Source: Myxococcota bacterium
Lineage (GTDB): Bacteria; Myxococcota_A; UBA9160; UBA4427
Assembly: GCA_041389495.1 (NCBI GenBank)
Contig: JAWKRT010000001.1
Location: forward strand, 1,682,471-1,746,470
DNA length: 64,000 bases
Direction: 5' to 3'
Shown: piece by piece, positions 37,912-48,900 of the stretch
Layout of the letters: each line of letters opens with the position of its first letter
How positions within the stretch are numbered: the first letter of the stretch is position 1
The notes under the pieces: model-generated
Told to the model about the DNA's origin: nothing
What the model saw: the letters and a program-made list of their open reading frames with translations, nothing else
Database searches by the model: none
Program-made: the position numbers and the translations under genes

Positions 37912-38792
37912 GCGAGCGCGCGACGACGCTGCAGCTCGGGCTTCCGAAGGGCAGCCTGCAGGAGACCACGCAGTCGCTGTTCGCGAAGGCGGGCTTCGAC
38001 CTGCGCATCTCCTCGCGTTCCTACTATCCGACGATCGACGACGACGAGATCTCCTGCATCCTGATGCGCCCGCAGGAGATGGCGCGCTACGTCGCGCAGG
38101 GCGTCATCGACTGCGGCATCACCGGCCTCGACTGGGTGCTCGAGACGGGTGCGGACGTCGCGGAGCTCGCCGACCTGCGCGCGCCGTGGCCGAACTACGG
38201 GCCCGTCCGCTGGGTGCTCGCGGTGAAGGAGGGCTCGCCCTTCGAGAAGGTCGAGGACCTCGCCGGCAAGCGGATCGCCGCCGAGGCGGTCGGCATGACG
38301 CAGCGCTACCTCGCCGGGAAGGGCATCACCGCGAACGTCGAGTTCTCGTGGGGCGCGACGGAAGTGAAGCCGCCGCTCCTCGCCGACGCGATCGTCGACG
38401 TCTCGGAGACGGGCTCGTCGCTGCGCGCGAACGACCTCGTCGTGCTCGACGTCGTGCTCGAGAGCACGCCGCGCTTCATCGCCAACAAGCAGGCGCTCGC
38501 CGACCCGTGGAAGCGCGACAAGATGGAGCGGCTGCTGCTGCTGCTGCGCGGCGCGATCGCCGCGGCGACGCGCGTCTGCCTCGCGATGAACGTGCCGCGC
38601 ACGCGGCTCGACGCCGTGCTCGGCATCCTCCCGTCGCTCGGGACGCCCACGATCTCGACGCTCGCGGACGACGAGTGGGTCGACGTCACCGCCGTCGTCG
38701 AGGAGAAGACCGTGCGCGACCTGATCCCGCGCCTCAAGGACGCGGGCGCGCGCGGCATCATCGAGACCCCCCTCAACAAGCTGATCGACTGA
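37908..38792 (+). CDS. hisG: ATP phosphoribosyltransferase HisG (long form)
   Basis: Part of ORF 37620..38792. ATG 37908 overlaps the hisI stop (ATGA). Sequence: [12 protein letters not shown]..., [16 protein letters not shown], plus a C-terminal regulatory domain. Confidence 0.93.
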   Translation: MSERATTLQLGLPKGSLQETTQSLFAKAGFDLRISSRSYYPTIDDDEISCILMRPQEMARYVAQGVIDCGITGLDWVLETGADVAELADLRAPWPNYGPVRWVLAVKEGSPFEKVEDLAGKRIAAEAVGMTQRYLAGKGITANVEFSWGATEVKPPLLADAIVDVSETGSSLRANDLVVLDVVLESTPRFIANKQALADPWKRDKMERLLLLLRGAIAAATRVCLAMNVPRTRLDAVLGILPSLGTPTISTLADDEWVDVTAVVEEKTVRDLIPRLKDAGARGIIETPLNKLID

Positions 38793-38799
38793 GCGCGCC

Positions 38800-39366
38800 G
38801 TGCTCCGGCTCGCGGGCGCTCTCGGCGCGGCGGCGTGGAGCTGGGCGAAGCTCGGCTTCTGGGGCCTCGCCGTCGGCGAGAGCCGCCCGCTCGTGGTCGC
38901 GCAGGCGGTCGTGCTCGACCCCGCGCGCGGCGTGCTGCTCGCGCTGCGGCGCGACCTCCAGGGCTGGGAGCTTCCCGGCGGCACCGTCGAGCCCGGCGAG
39001 TCGCCCGAGCGCGCGCTCGCGCGCGAGCTGCGCGAGGAGCTCGGCATCGACGCCGCGGTCGGACGGCGCGTCGGGACGTGGGTGCGCACGGGCTACCGCC
39101 CGCACACCGCGCACGTCTTCGTGTGCGCGACCGCCGACGAGCCGTGCGCGCGCGGCCCGCTCGGCGACGAGACGCTCGACGCCGCGTGGTTCCCGGCCGA
39201 CGCTCCGCCCGCGACGCTCTTCCCGTGGTACGCCGAGGCCTTCCTGCTCGCGACGAGCGGCGAGCTCCCGCCCGTCGAGCGCCGCGAGCGCAACGGCTGG
39301 CGCGAGATCGCGGCCGGCGCGCGCATCGACCTCGCGACGCGCGCCGAGCGGCTACGGTCTCGTTAG
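38800..39366 (+). CDS. NUDIX hydrolase
   Basis: ORF track, 188 aa (GTG). The Nudix box is GGTVEPGESPERALARELREELG. The N-terminal ~25 aa are hydrophobic, so the true start may be later. Confidence 0.85.
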   Translation: MLRLAGALGAAAWSWAKLGFWGLAVGESRPLVVAQAVVLDPARGVLLALRRDLQGWELPGGTVEPGESPERALARELREELGIDAAVGRRVGTWVRTGYRPHTAHVFVCATADEPCARGPLGDETLDAAWFPADAPPATLFPWYAEAFLLATSGELPPVERRERNGWREIAAGARIDLATRAERLRSR

Positions 39367-39813
39367 GCCGGCGGCCCGGCCCTCGAGCGCCCCGCGCACC
39401 TTCCGCAGCGTCGCCGCGGCGCGCGCGAGCTCGGCCGGCGTGGCGACGGGAGCGGCGGCCGCGAGCGTCGTCTGCTCCCTGTCCTGCATGCGCGCGATCG
39501 CGCGCGCGCCCTTCGGCGTGAGGCGCAGGAGCGGCGAGCGGCGGTGGGCGGGGTTCGCGTCGGTCGCGACGAGCCCCCGCTCGACGAGTGCGTTGGCGAT
39601 CGCCTGGATGTGCTGGCGCGAGACGCGCCGCGCGCGCGCGACGTGGGGCACCGAAGTCGGGCCCGCGCGCGCGAGGAACTCCAGCACGGCGCGCATGGCG
39701 ACGGTGACGCCCGAGCCGCGGTGCAGGCGCTCGGCGCGCTGCACGAGCGCGTTCCAGAGCAGGCGCACCTCGTCGATCAGCTCGTCGAGCGGGGCGGGGG
39801 CATCGTCGGCCAT
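39352..39813 (-). CDS. MarR-family transcriptional regulator
   Basis: The C-terminal 153 aa of ORF 39352..40563, starting at ATG 39813 (MADDAPAPLDEL). The winged HTH is VTVAMRAVLEFLARAGPTSVPHVARARRVSRQHIQAIANALVERGLV. Confidence 0.88.
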   Translation of the reverse strand: MADDAPAPLDELIDEVRLLWNALVQRAERLHRGSGVTVAMRAVLEFLARAGPTSVPHVARARRVSRQHIQAIANALVERGLVATDANPAHRRSPLLRLTPKGARAIARMQDREQTTLAAAAPVATPAELARAAATLRKVRGALEGRAAGLTRP

Positions 39814-39844
39814 CGCCCGCAGGCTCGCGCTCCGGAGGCCGCCT

Positions 39845-39869
39845 GTCAACTTGACAACAGTGTTGTCAA
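39845..39869. promoter_or_regulatory. candidate MarR operator: overlapping perfect palindromes in an AT-richer island
   Basis: The sequence is GTCAAcTTGACAACAgTGTTGTCAA. It contains a 9-bp perfect inverted repeat (39851-39859 / 39861-39869) and an overlapping GTCAA-c-TTGAC. It sits in the 120-nt divergent region between the marR-like gene and the hydroxylase gene. Confidence 0.5.
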
Positions 39870-39933
39870 TATGCGATTCCTCGCGGCGCCGCGCGCGTCC
39901 CGTGCCCGCCGCGCCGCGCGCCCGAGGTGGCCC

Positions 39934-40800
39934 ATGTCGGTCTCCGGTCCGCTCGACTCCTGGATCCTCGCGAACGCCGGCACCGCGCAGGAGGTCGCCT
40001 TCGGCGGCGCATTGCTCGCGCTGCTCGCGCTCGAGGCCTGGCGACCGCGCCGTCGCGCGCCGGCGCGGCGACGCCAGCGCTGGCCGGTCAACTTCGCGCT
40101 CACGGCGCTGAACGTCGTCGCGCTCGGCTTCGTGCCGGTGTCGTTCGTCGGTGCGGCGCTCTGGGCCCGCGCGCACGGCGTCGGCGTGCTGAACGCCGTG
40201 GCGCTCCCGCCCGCGCTCGCCGCACTCGCGACGCTGCTCGTGCGCGGTCTCCTCTCGACGATCACGCACCTGCTGCACCACCAGGTTCCGCTGCTGTGGC
40301 GCATCCATCGCGTGCACCACCTCGACGCCGAGCTCGACGTCTCCTCGACGGTCCGCTTCCACCCGCTCGAGATGCTCACCGGGCCGTTGCTCGGCCTGCC
40401 GTTCGTGCTCGCGGGCGGCCTCGAGCCGTGGGCGCTCGCGCTCTACGAGCTGCTCGACGTCGTCGTCACGCTCTTCTCGCACGCGAACCTGCGCCTGCCG
40501 CGCGGGCTCGAGCGCGCGCTGCGCGTCGTCGTCGTGACGCCCGAGCTCCACCGCATCCACCACTCGCGCTGGGCGCCGGAGACGGACAGCAACTACGGCG
40601 CGGTCTTCCCGATCTGGGACGTCGTGCTCGGCACCTACCGCGGCGAGCCGCGCGACGACCCGGCGACGATGGCGCTCGGGCTCGACGACGAGCCGGGCGC
40701 GGAGCGGCTCGGGCTCGTCGCGCTCCTGCTCGCTCCGCTGCGGCGCCGCGGCGCCCCGGCGCGCGCCGGCTCGGGGCGCGCCGCCGGAGCGGCGTCGTGA
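39934..40800 (+). CDS. fatty acid hydroxylase / sterol desaturase-family membrane di-iron enzyme
   Basis: Part of ORF 39544..40800, starting at ATG 39934. It has the histidine boxes HLLHH, HRVHH and HRIHH, plus hydrophobic segments. Confidence 0.85.
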   Translation: MSVSGPLDSWILANAGTAQEVAFGGALLALLALEAWRPRRRAPARRRQRWPVNFALTALNVVALGFVPVSFVGAALWARAHGVGVLNAVALPPALAALATLLVRGLLSTITHLLHHQVPLLWRIHRVHHLDAELDVSSTVRFHPLEMLTGPLLGLPFVLAGGLEPWALALYELLDVVVTLFSHANLRLPRGLERALRVVVVTPELHRIHHSRWAPETDSNYGAVFPIWDVVLGTYRGEPRDDPATMALGLDDEPGAERLGLVALLLAPLRRRGAPARAGSGRAAGAAS

Positions 40801-41480
40801 GCGCGCGCGACCGGCTGCGCCGCGCCGTCGTCGCGCAGTTCCACCGGCCGACGGGCGCGTTCGGCGCGCTCGCAGGCCTCGTGCTCGCGCGCCGGCCCTC
40901 GAATCGCGCGCGCAACGCGTGGGTCGTCGAGCGGCTCGCCATCCGCCCCGACGACCACGTGCTCGAGCTCGGGTTCGGGCCCGGGCTCGCGATCGCGGAT
41001 GCCGCGCGCCGCGCGCAAAGGGGGAGGGTGGTCGGGCTCGACCACTCCGAGGCCATGCACCGCATGGCGTCGCGTCGCAATCGCGCGGCCGTGCGCGAGG
41101 GGCGCGTCGAGCTCGTCGCGGGCTCGTTCGCCGAGCTCGCGCGCGTCGCGGGCGCGTTCGACGCGATCTTCGCCGTCAACGCGGTGCAGTTCGACGACGA
41201 CCCGGCCGCGCTCGTGCGCGCGCTCGCGGCGCGGCTCCGCCCGGGCGGGCGCCTCGCGATCGCGACGCAGTCGCGCAGGGCGGGAGCTTCGGATGCGGAC
41301 TCGCTGCGCGCGGGCGAGGAGGCGGCGGCGTGGCTGCGCGCCGCGGGCCTCGCGCGCGTCCGCGTCGAGACGCTCCCGCTCACGCCCGCGTGTGCGGTGT
41401 GCGCGATCGGCGAGCGCGCGTCCGCGGGCGAGGCCGCGGCGGCACCCGCGGCGCCTGCCGGAGCCGCCACCGCGCGTTAG
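40797..41480 (+). CDS. class I SAM-dependent methyltransferase
   Basis: Part of ORF 39927..41480. GTG 40797 overlaps the hydroxylase stop (GTGA). Motif I is VLELGFGPGLA. Confidence 0.82.
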   Translation: MSARDRLRRAVVAQFHRPTGAFGALAGLVLARRPSNRARNAWVVERLAIRPDDHVLELGFGPGLAIADAARRAQRGRVVGLDHSEAMHRMASRRNRAAVREGRVELVAGSFAELARVAGAFDAIFAVNAVQFDDDPAALVRALAARLRPGGRLAIATQSRRAGASDADSLRAGEEAAAWLRAAGLARVRVETLPLTPACAVCAIGERASAGEAAAAPAAPAGAATAR

Positions 41481-41492
41481 GCTCGGCCCGCG

Positions 41493-42401
<909 letters not shown>

Positions 42402-42470
42402 GGTGCGGAGGGCGTCCTTCGAAGGGATCGTCCAATTGACGGATGAACGTTTCTCTTCGGTGACCTGCGA

Positions 42471-42968
42471 CTAGCGTCGCTGCTCGCGCAGCCCGCTCGC
42501 CTCCCACTCCTTCGAGAGCTGCTTGAGCTTCGCGGAGAACTCTTCGAAGGGGTCGTCGAACGACAGGATGATCTCGGTCGTGCGCGGGATGTCGTCGCCG
42601 TTCAGCAGCCCGCGGTAGCGGTTGAGGTTCGCGAGGATCGCCTCGGCCACCTTGAGCGCGCGCTTCTCCGTCTTGATCAGCGGCGACTGCAGCGTGTAGA
42701 CGTTGTTGCGGCCCCAGAGACTCTCGTCGCGGACGATCGCGATCTCGCGGTAGACGCCGTTGATCGGATCGAAGTTGTACTCGACCCGGACCTCCTTGAA
42801 GATGTCCGAGTTCCCCGTGTAGAAGCCGCGCTCCTTCTCGACCTTGCCGAGCTGACGGCAGCGCGGGCAGTAGAAGGTGTCGCCGTGGTTGAGGAGGAAC
42901 ACGCCCTTGGCGTAGTCCTCGCAATCCGTGTTCTCGCAGTAGCCGACGCCGCGCTTCATGCTGGCCAT
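42471..42968 (-). CDS. orphan hypothetical protein with an N-terminal zinc ribbon, in a lower-GC segment
   Basis: ORF track 42471..43208, trimmed to ATG 42968 (MASMKRGVGYCENTDCEDYAKGVFLLNHGDTFYCPRCRQLG). Its codon and amino-acid usage is Lys/Asn/Glu/Phe/Tyr-rich, unlike its neighbours. I recognise no family. Confidence 0.7.
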   Translation of the reverse strand: MASMKRGVGYCENTDCEDYAKGVFLLNHGDTFYCPRCRQLGKVEKERGFYTGNSDIFKEVRVEYNFDPINGVYREIAIVRDESLWGRNNVYTLQSPLIKTEKRALKVAEAILANLNRYRGLLNGDDIPRTTEIILSFDDPFEEFSAKLKQLSKEWEASGLREQRR

Positions 42969-43332
42969 CCCGTCGATGCGCCCTCTGGCCCGGTGCGTTC
43001 GTGCTCCGAATCCGGTGTGGGCCGGTTTGGGGGGAGTCGGAGCAAGCCGCGTGCCACGCGGCGAGGCGATGCGGCCGACCCTCGTGTCGCCGCACCGTTG
43101 TCGTGGGTCCTGCCTTCGTGCTGCCGGGCACGTGCTCTCGCGACGAGCCGCGCGTGCGGGGAAGCGCTCTTCCTTCCAGTCCTCGACGGCGGCGCACCGC
43201 CGTTCCACTCCGCAAGTTTCGTCGCAGTCCGTCTCGCCCGACGCGAGCGGGAGGCATCGCGGCGGGCTTCGGCGACAGGGACGGCGACGGGCTCGGAAGC
43301 GGCGTGAACGGCCCGCTCGGGGGCCATCGCGC

Positions 43333-43362
43333 TTTATACGGCCGCGGTCGCCGAGCTGTCAA
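43333..43362 (-). promoter_or_regulatory. near-consensus sigma-70 promoter (TTGACA-N18-TATAAA) facing the orphan gene
   Basis: The minus strand reads TTGACAgctcggcgaccgcggccgTATAAA (-35 = 43362..43357, -10 = 43338..43333). It lies about 365 nt upstream of the orphan gene's ATG and 73 nt downstream of the ccmB stop. Confidence 0.5.
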
Positions 43363-43434
43363 CCGGCTTTTCGTTCAGGCGCTTCCGGCGTCGATCTGCG
43401 AGTCGGAAAGACTCGGCTCGCGGGGCAGATACCC

Positions 43435-44096
43435 CTACTCGTCGAGAACGTACTCGAATACCAGATAGGAGACGGTCACGTAGATGCCGTCGATGACGAC
43501 GAGCAGCTGGAGCGCCTCGAACGGGATGCCCTCGCCGGCGATCGCGGCGGCCGTGCCGCGCACCGCGCCCGCGAGCACGGGCAGCAGGGCGGGCAGCAGC
43601 AGGATGGGGAGCAGGAGCTCGCGGAAGCGCGTGCGCACGGCCATCGCCGACAGCAGCGTCCCGACGCTGCAGATGCCCGCCGTTCCGAGTGCCACGACGC
43701 CCGCGAGCGGGAGCGCGACCGGCCGCAGGTCGAGGCCGAAGACGAGCGCGAACGCCGCGGCGACGACCGCCTCGACGCCGCCCGTCACGACGAAGCTCGC
43801 GAGCGCCTTGCCGGCGAAGACCGCGCCGCGGTCCGCGGGCGCGAGCGCGAGGCCGGCGAGCGCGTCGTTCTCGAGCTCCTGCGCGAACGAGCGGCCGAGC
43901 CCGAGCAGCGCGGCGAACACGTAGGCCACCCACAGCAGCCCCGCGGCGTTGTCGCCGATGCCCGACGCCGTTCCCTCCGGCAGGGCGAAGTGGAAGACGA
44001 TCACGACGAGCAGTGCGAACGCGAGCATCGCGCCGAGGCGTTCGCGCGAGCGCCACTCGGTCACCAGATCCTTCCAGAGGATCGCGAGGACGACGT

Positions 44097-44100
<4 letters not shown>
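43435..44100 (-). CDS. ccmB: heme exporter membrane protein CcmB
   Basis: The C-terminal 221 aa of ORF 43435..45102. GTG 44100 (VNVVLAILWKDL) overlaps the ccmA stop (GTGA). It is polytopic, with CcmB-like WKDLVTEWRSRE and FEYVL. Confidence 0.88.
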
Positions 44101-44845
<745 letters not shown>

Positions 44846-44849
<4 letters not shown>

Positions 44850-46825
44850 GCCTCGCGCGCTCCCGGCGTCCGCTCGGCGCCGAGCGCGGCGCCGCAGTGC
44901 GAGCAGAAGGCCCAGCTCGCGTCGATGCGACCGCCGCAGCGCGGGCAGAAGGCGCCGAGCGGGACGGGGCGGCCCGTCCCGTCCGCCGCGTGCGGCGCGG
45001 GCGCGGTGCGCACGCCGTCGCGCGCGGTCGGTGTGCGCGCCGCGCTCGTCGGGGCGCTCGCGTCGTTCGCCGCCTCCGCTGCGTCGGTCGCATCCGCCGC
45101 ATCGCGGCGCTCGAGCTCGATCGAGGCCGCCGCGCGTGCGAGCAGCTGCGCGCGCAGCGCGCGGTGGTCGTCCTCGTCGAGCTTGCCCGTCTCGAAGTCG
45201 TGGTCGAGGTCGCGGATGTCCTGGTAGATCGCCTCGCGCTGCGCGGCGGAGGTGGCGAGCGACTCGTCCGCCTCGTTCGCGCGCTCCGCGCGCAGCGGCG
45301 CCATCAGGTACCAGACCGCCGCGGCGACGAGGCCGAGCACGCCGACTGCCGCACCGCGGCTCCCGAGCCCGCCGCGGCGGATCGGCGCGAGCCCGAGCGC
45401 GAGCGTCTCGGCGGGCTCCACGTGGAAGGCCTCGCGGTGGAGGTAGGTGCGCGTGCCCTGGCGGAACGGGCGCCGGCGGTGGAGGCGGTCGCTCTCGATG
45501 TCGACGCCCGTGTCGGCGACGAGCACGTTGAGCGTCGCGACCTCGAGCGGGAAGGCGATGTCGAGGCGTGCGCCCTCGGGCGTCGCGGGCACGCGGAAGC
45601 GCGCGCGCAGCGTCGACTCGCCGGGCGGGAGCGGGCCGCGCACGACGATCGCGCTCCCGTCGACGCTCGCGCCGAGCGCGCGCGCATCGGGCGGGATCTC
45701 GACGTCGGCGGCCTCGGCGGGAAGCGCGAAGCGCGCGAGCGGCGCATCGCCGACGCTCGCGAGCCGGTGCGCGCCCGCGACCTCGAGGGCGAGGCTCGCG
45801 TTCGCGACGAGCTGCGTGTCGTCGAGCTCGAGCCACAGGTCGGCGCGCGGCAGCGAGAGCCGCGTCGCGTCGGCGTCGGTCGCGGGCAGCGACACGTCGA
45901 GCGCGATGCGCGCGCCCTTCGCGACGTCGCTCGCCTCGAGCACGCGGTAGCGGCGCCCGTCGACGTCGGCGTCCTCGCCGCGAGCGAGCGGCGGCGCGCC
46001 CGCGACGTCCGGGCCGCCGACGGCGGTGAGCACGCGCAGGTGCCGCGCTCCCATCGGGAACGCGAGCGCGACGCGCGTGCGCTCGCCGTCGATCGGCAGC
46101 AGGTACTGGAAGCGCACGTCCTGGCCGCGCGGGTAGACGGGGCCGTAGAAGCGCACGCGCTCGCCGCTGCGCACGAGCGCGTCCTCGAAGCCGGCCGTCA
46201 TCGGCAGGAAGTCGCTCGCGCCGGCGGGCAGCGCCGTCTCGAACGGCGCCGGCGTGCGGCCGTCGCGCGCGTCCTCGGGCACGAGCACGACGCGGCCGCC
46301 CGCGCTCTCGAGCCGGTGGAGCTCCTGCACGGCGAGCTTGCCGCCCGTCCACTGGAGCTCGACGATCGCCTCGTCGACCGCGATGCCGCTCGCGTCCGCC
46401 GTCGGCTCCGTCACCTCGACGTTCGCCTCGAGTGCGCGCACGCCTTCCGTGAAGCGCACGCTCGGCCCGAAGAACGGGATGCCGCCGTACTTCGCGCCAA
46501 CGAGATAGGCCATCGTGGGCTCGCTCGAGACGTTCTCGAAGCGGAAGCGTCCCGACGCATCGGTGACGGTGTCGGCGACGCCGGGCTCGCCCGTCTGCGA
46601 GAGCCCGTAGAGGACGACGGGGACGCCCGGGAGGCCCGGCGCGCCGTCGGCGGCGCCCGCGCGCAGGACGGCGCCCGTCACGACGCCGTCGCCCTGCGGC
46701 AGCGGCGGCGGCGCGGGCACCGCGGCGCCGTCCGTCGACGCGCCGCGCGCATCCGCCGCGACGAGCGCGGCGAGGGTCAGGAGGAGCAGCGCGACCGGCG
46801 CGCCGCTCGAGCGCGGGGCTCGCAC
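44846..46825 (-). CDS. 659-aa exported/membrane-anchored protein embedded in the ccm operon (CarboxypepD_reg-like domain, one TM, CcmI-like cytoplasmic helix, C-terminal zinc ribbon)
   Basis: ORF track, 659 aa. The signal peptide is MRAPRSSGAPVALLLLTLAALVAADA. GVVTGAVL...DASGRFRFENV is a carboxypeptidase-regulatory-like fold. The TM segment is AAVGVLGLVAAAVWYLMAPL. It then has REAIYQDIRDLDHDFETGKLDEDDHRALRAQLL and FCPRCGGRIDASWAFCSHCG. Confidence 0.8.
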
Positions 46826-48796
46826 CTAGGCCTCCTGCGCGGCCGCGCGCGCGCGGGCGGGCGGCGGCCACAGCACGAGCACGCTGCCCGCGATGAACAC
46901 GCCGAGCCCGACCCACAGCCAGTTCACGAGCGGGTTGCGATAGAGCTTGAGCGTCGCCGAGCCGTCGGGCTCGATCGCGGTGAGCACGAGGTAGACGTCC
47001 TCGCGCAGCGTCGAGTAGATGGCGGGGATCGAGCTCGGCTGCTGCTCGAGCCAGTACGTGCGCTTCTCCGGGACGAGCGTCGCGAGCGGATCGTCGCCGC
47101 GGAAGAGCGCGACGCGCGCGCGCGCGCCGCCGTAGTGCTGCTGCTCGATCGGCACCGCCGTCAGGAACTCGCCGCGCACGTCGCCGAGCGCGATCGAGTC
47201 GCCGGGGCGCACGTTCGCGAGCACCTCGCGGTCGAAGGCCGCGCCCGCGATGCCGCCCATCGCGAGCACCATGCCGAGGTGCACGACGTAGCCGCCGTAG
47301 CGCCGCTGGTTGCGGCGCAGGAGCGTCGCGAGCGCGGTCGGCACCGACTCGCCGCGGCGCGTGCGCGCCGCGACCGCGCGCGTGTACTCCTGCGCGATCG
47401 TCGCGATCACGAAGGCGCACGTCGCCCAGTAGGCGATCGCCATCGGCTCGCGGCCGATCGACACGGCGAGCGCGATGCCGACGGCGAGCCCCACGGAGCC
47501 CGGCACGAGGAACTGGCGCCGCAGGCTCGTCGAGGTCGCGCGGCGCCACGCGATCAGCGGCCCGAAGCCCGTCAGGAACAGGAGCGCGAGCCCGATCGGC
47601 GCGCCGAACAGGTTGTACGCGTGCGGCCCCCACGTCGTGCGCTTGTCGAAGAGCGCCTCGCTGAAGACGGGGTGCAGCGTGAACCAGAAGACCATCACGA
47701 GCAGCGCGAGGAAGAGCCAGTTGTTGACGACGAAGCTCGCCTCGCGCGAGACCATCGACTCGAGCTGGCTCGGCGACCGCAGCTGCGGGACGCGGCGCGC
47801 GAGCGCCGCGAAGTAGGCGAGCGTCACGGTCGCGACGTAGCCGAGGAAGATGTACCCGAACCAGCCCGCGTTCGTGAACGAGTGCACCGACTGCACGACG
47901 CCGCTGCGGGTGAGGAAGGTGCCGAACAGGCAGAGCGCGTAGGCCAGCCCGATCAGCACCAGGTTCCACACCTTCAGCATGTCGCGCTTCTCCTGGATCA
48001 TCACCGAGTGCAGGTAGGCCGTCGCGACGAGCCAGGGCATGAGCGCCGCGTTCTCGACCGGGTCCCACGCCCAGTAGCCGCCCCAGCCGAGCACCTCGTA
48101 GGCCCAGCGACCGCCCAGCATGAGCCCGCAGCCGAGCACGGCCCACGCGAAGAGCGACCAGCGGCGCGTGATGCGGAACCACGTCGTGTCGAGCCGACCC
48201 GTGATCAGTGCCGCGAACGCGTAGGCGAACGGCACGGAGAAGCCGACGAAGCCCGCGTAGAGCATGAGCGGGTGGATCATCATCGCCGGGTGCTGCAGCA
48301 GCGGGTTCAGGCCGTTGCCGTCGGAGACGACCTGCGCGGCCGGCACGCGCTCGAACGGCTCGGTCACGAAGTTCACGAGCACGAGGAAGAAGATCGAGCT
48401 CGCGAGCATCGTGGCCGCCGCCCACGGCGCGAGCGCGCGGTGGTGGTGGCGGTTGGCGCGGAGCGCGAGCGCGCCGTAGAAGCACGCCATCCAGCACCAC
48501 AGCAGCAGCGAGCCGGCCTGGCCGCCCCACAGCGCGGCGAGGCGGAAGTGCAGCGGCATCGTGCTGGCCGAGTGCGCGGCGACGTAGGCGAGCCGGTAGT
48601 CGTTGGTCGCGAGCGCGTGGAACAGCGCCGCCATCGCGACGCTCGCGAACGCGAACACGACGGCGACGCAGCGCTCGGCGACGAGCGTCCACGCCTCGCC
48701 GCGCTCGCGCCGCAGGCCCGCGGCGATCGCCGTCGCGAACCCGACCACTGCGAAGAGCAGCGCGAATCGCAAGCTGTGGAGCCCGAGGTCGGCCAC
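46826..48796 (-). CDS. ccmF: cytochrome c-type biogenesis protein CcmF (heme lyase/handling)
   Basis: ORF track 46826..48961. I prefer GTG 48796 (VADLGLHSL), preceded by GGAGGGG; the alternative is ATG 48811. It has the WWD motif WGGYWAWDPVEN and conserved His residues. Confidence 0.93.
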   Translation of the reverse strand: MADLGLHSLRFALLFAVVGFATAIAAGLRRERGEAWTLVAERCVAVVFAFASVAMAALFHALATNDYRLAYVAAHSASTMPLHFRLAALWGGQAGSLLLWCWMACFYGALALRANRHHHRALAPWAAATMLASSIFFLVLVNFVTEPFERVPAAQVVSDGNGLNPLLQHPAMMIHPLMLYAGFVGFSVPFAYAFAALITGRLDTTWFRITRRWSLFAWAVLGCGLMLGGRWAYEVLGWGGYWAWDPVENAALMPWLVATAYLHSVMIQEKRDMLKVWNLVLIGLAYALCLFGTFLTRSGVVQSVHSFTNAGWFGYIFLGYVATVTLAYFAALARRVPQLRSPSQLESMVSREASFVVNNWLFLALLVMVFWFTLHPVFSEALFDKRTTWGPHAYNLFGAPIGLALLFLTGFGPLIAWRRATSTSLRRQFLVPGSVGLAVGIALAVSIGREPMAIAYWATCAFVIATIAQEYTRAVAARTRRGESVPTALATLLRRNQRRYGGYVVHLGMVLAMGGIAGAAFDREVLANVRPGDSIALGDVRGEFLTAVPIEQQHYGGARARVALFRGDDPLATLVPEKRTYWLEQQPSSIPAIYSTLREDVYLVLTAIEPDGSATLKLYRNPLVNWLWVGLGVFIAGSVLVLWPPPARARAAAQEA

Positions 48797-48900
48797 GCAG
48801 TGCCCCTCCATTCCGGTTGCCGTCCGGCGGCCCTCGCGGATCGCCGTTCCGTCGTCGCGGTGCGCGCGCCGTGCGGGCGCCGCGCCGCCGCGGGCGCCCT

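Noticed and set aside
43159-43187. The leader of the orphan gene (minus strand) contains GUCGAGGACUGGAAGGAAGAGCGC. This superficially resembles the SRP RNA helix-8 core GUCAGGUCCGGAAGGAAGCAGC.
   Set aside because: The conserved AGCA of the asymmetric loop is not preserved. I could not draw the flanking helix 5/8 pairings or a closing stem. The similarity is probably a chance purine-rich match; it should be tested with cmscan before any call.
46795-46830. My hand translation across the junction between ccmF and the ccm-embedded gene came out one nucleotide out of register with the ORF-track coordinates. This briefly suggested a frameshift.
   Set aside because: The ORF track is computed from the sequence and is internally consistent: both ORF lengths are multiples of three, and the start and stop are contiguous at 46825/46826. 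Checks at 46254, 46508, 47475, 48961 and 49395 agree with the track. I attribute the discrepancy to my own counting and use the track coordinates.
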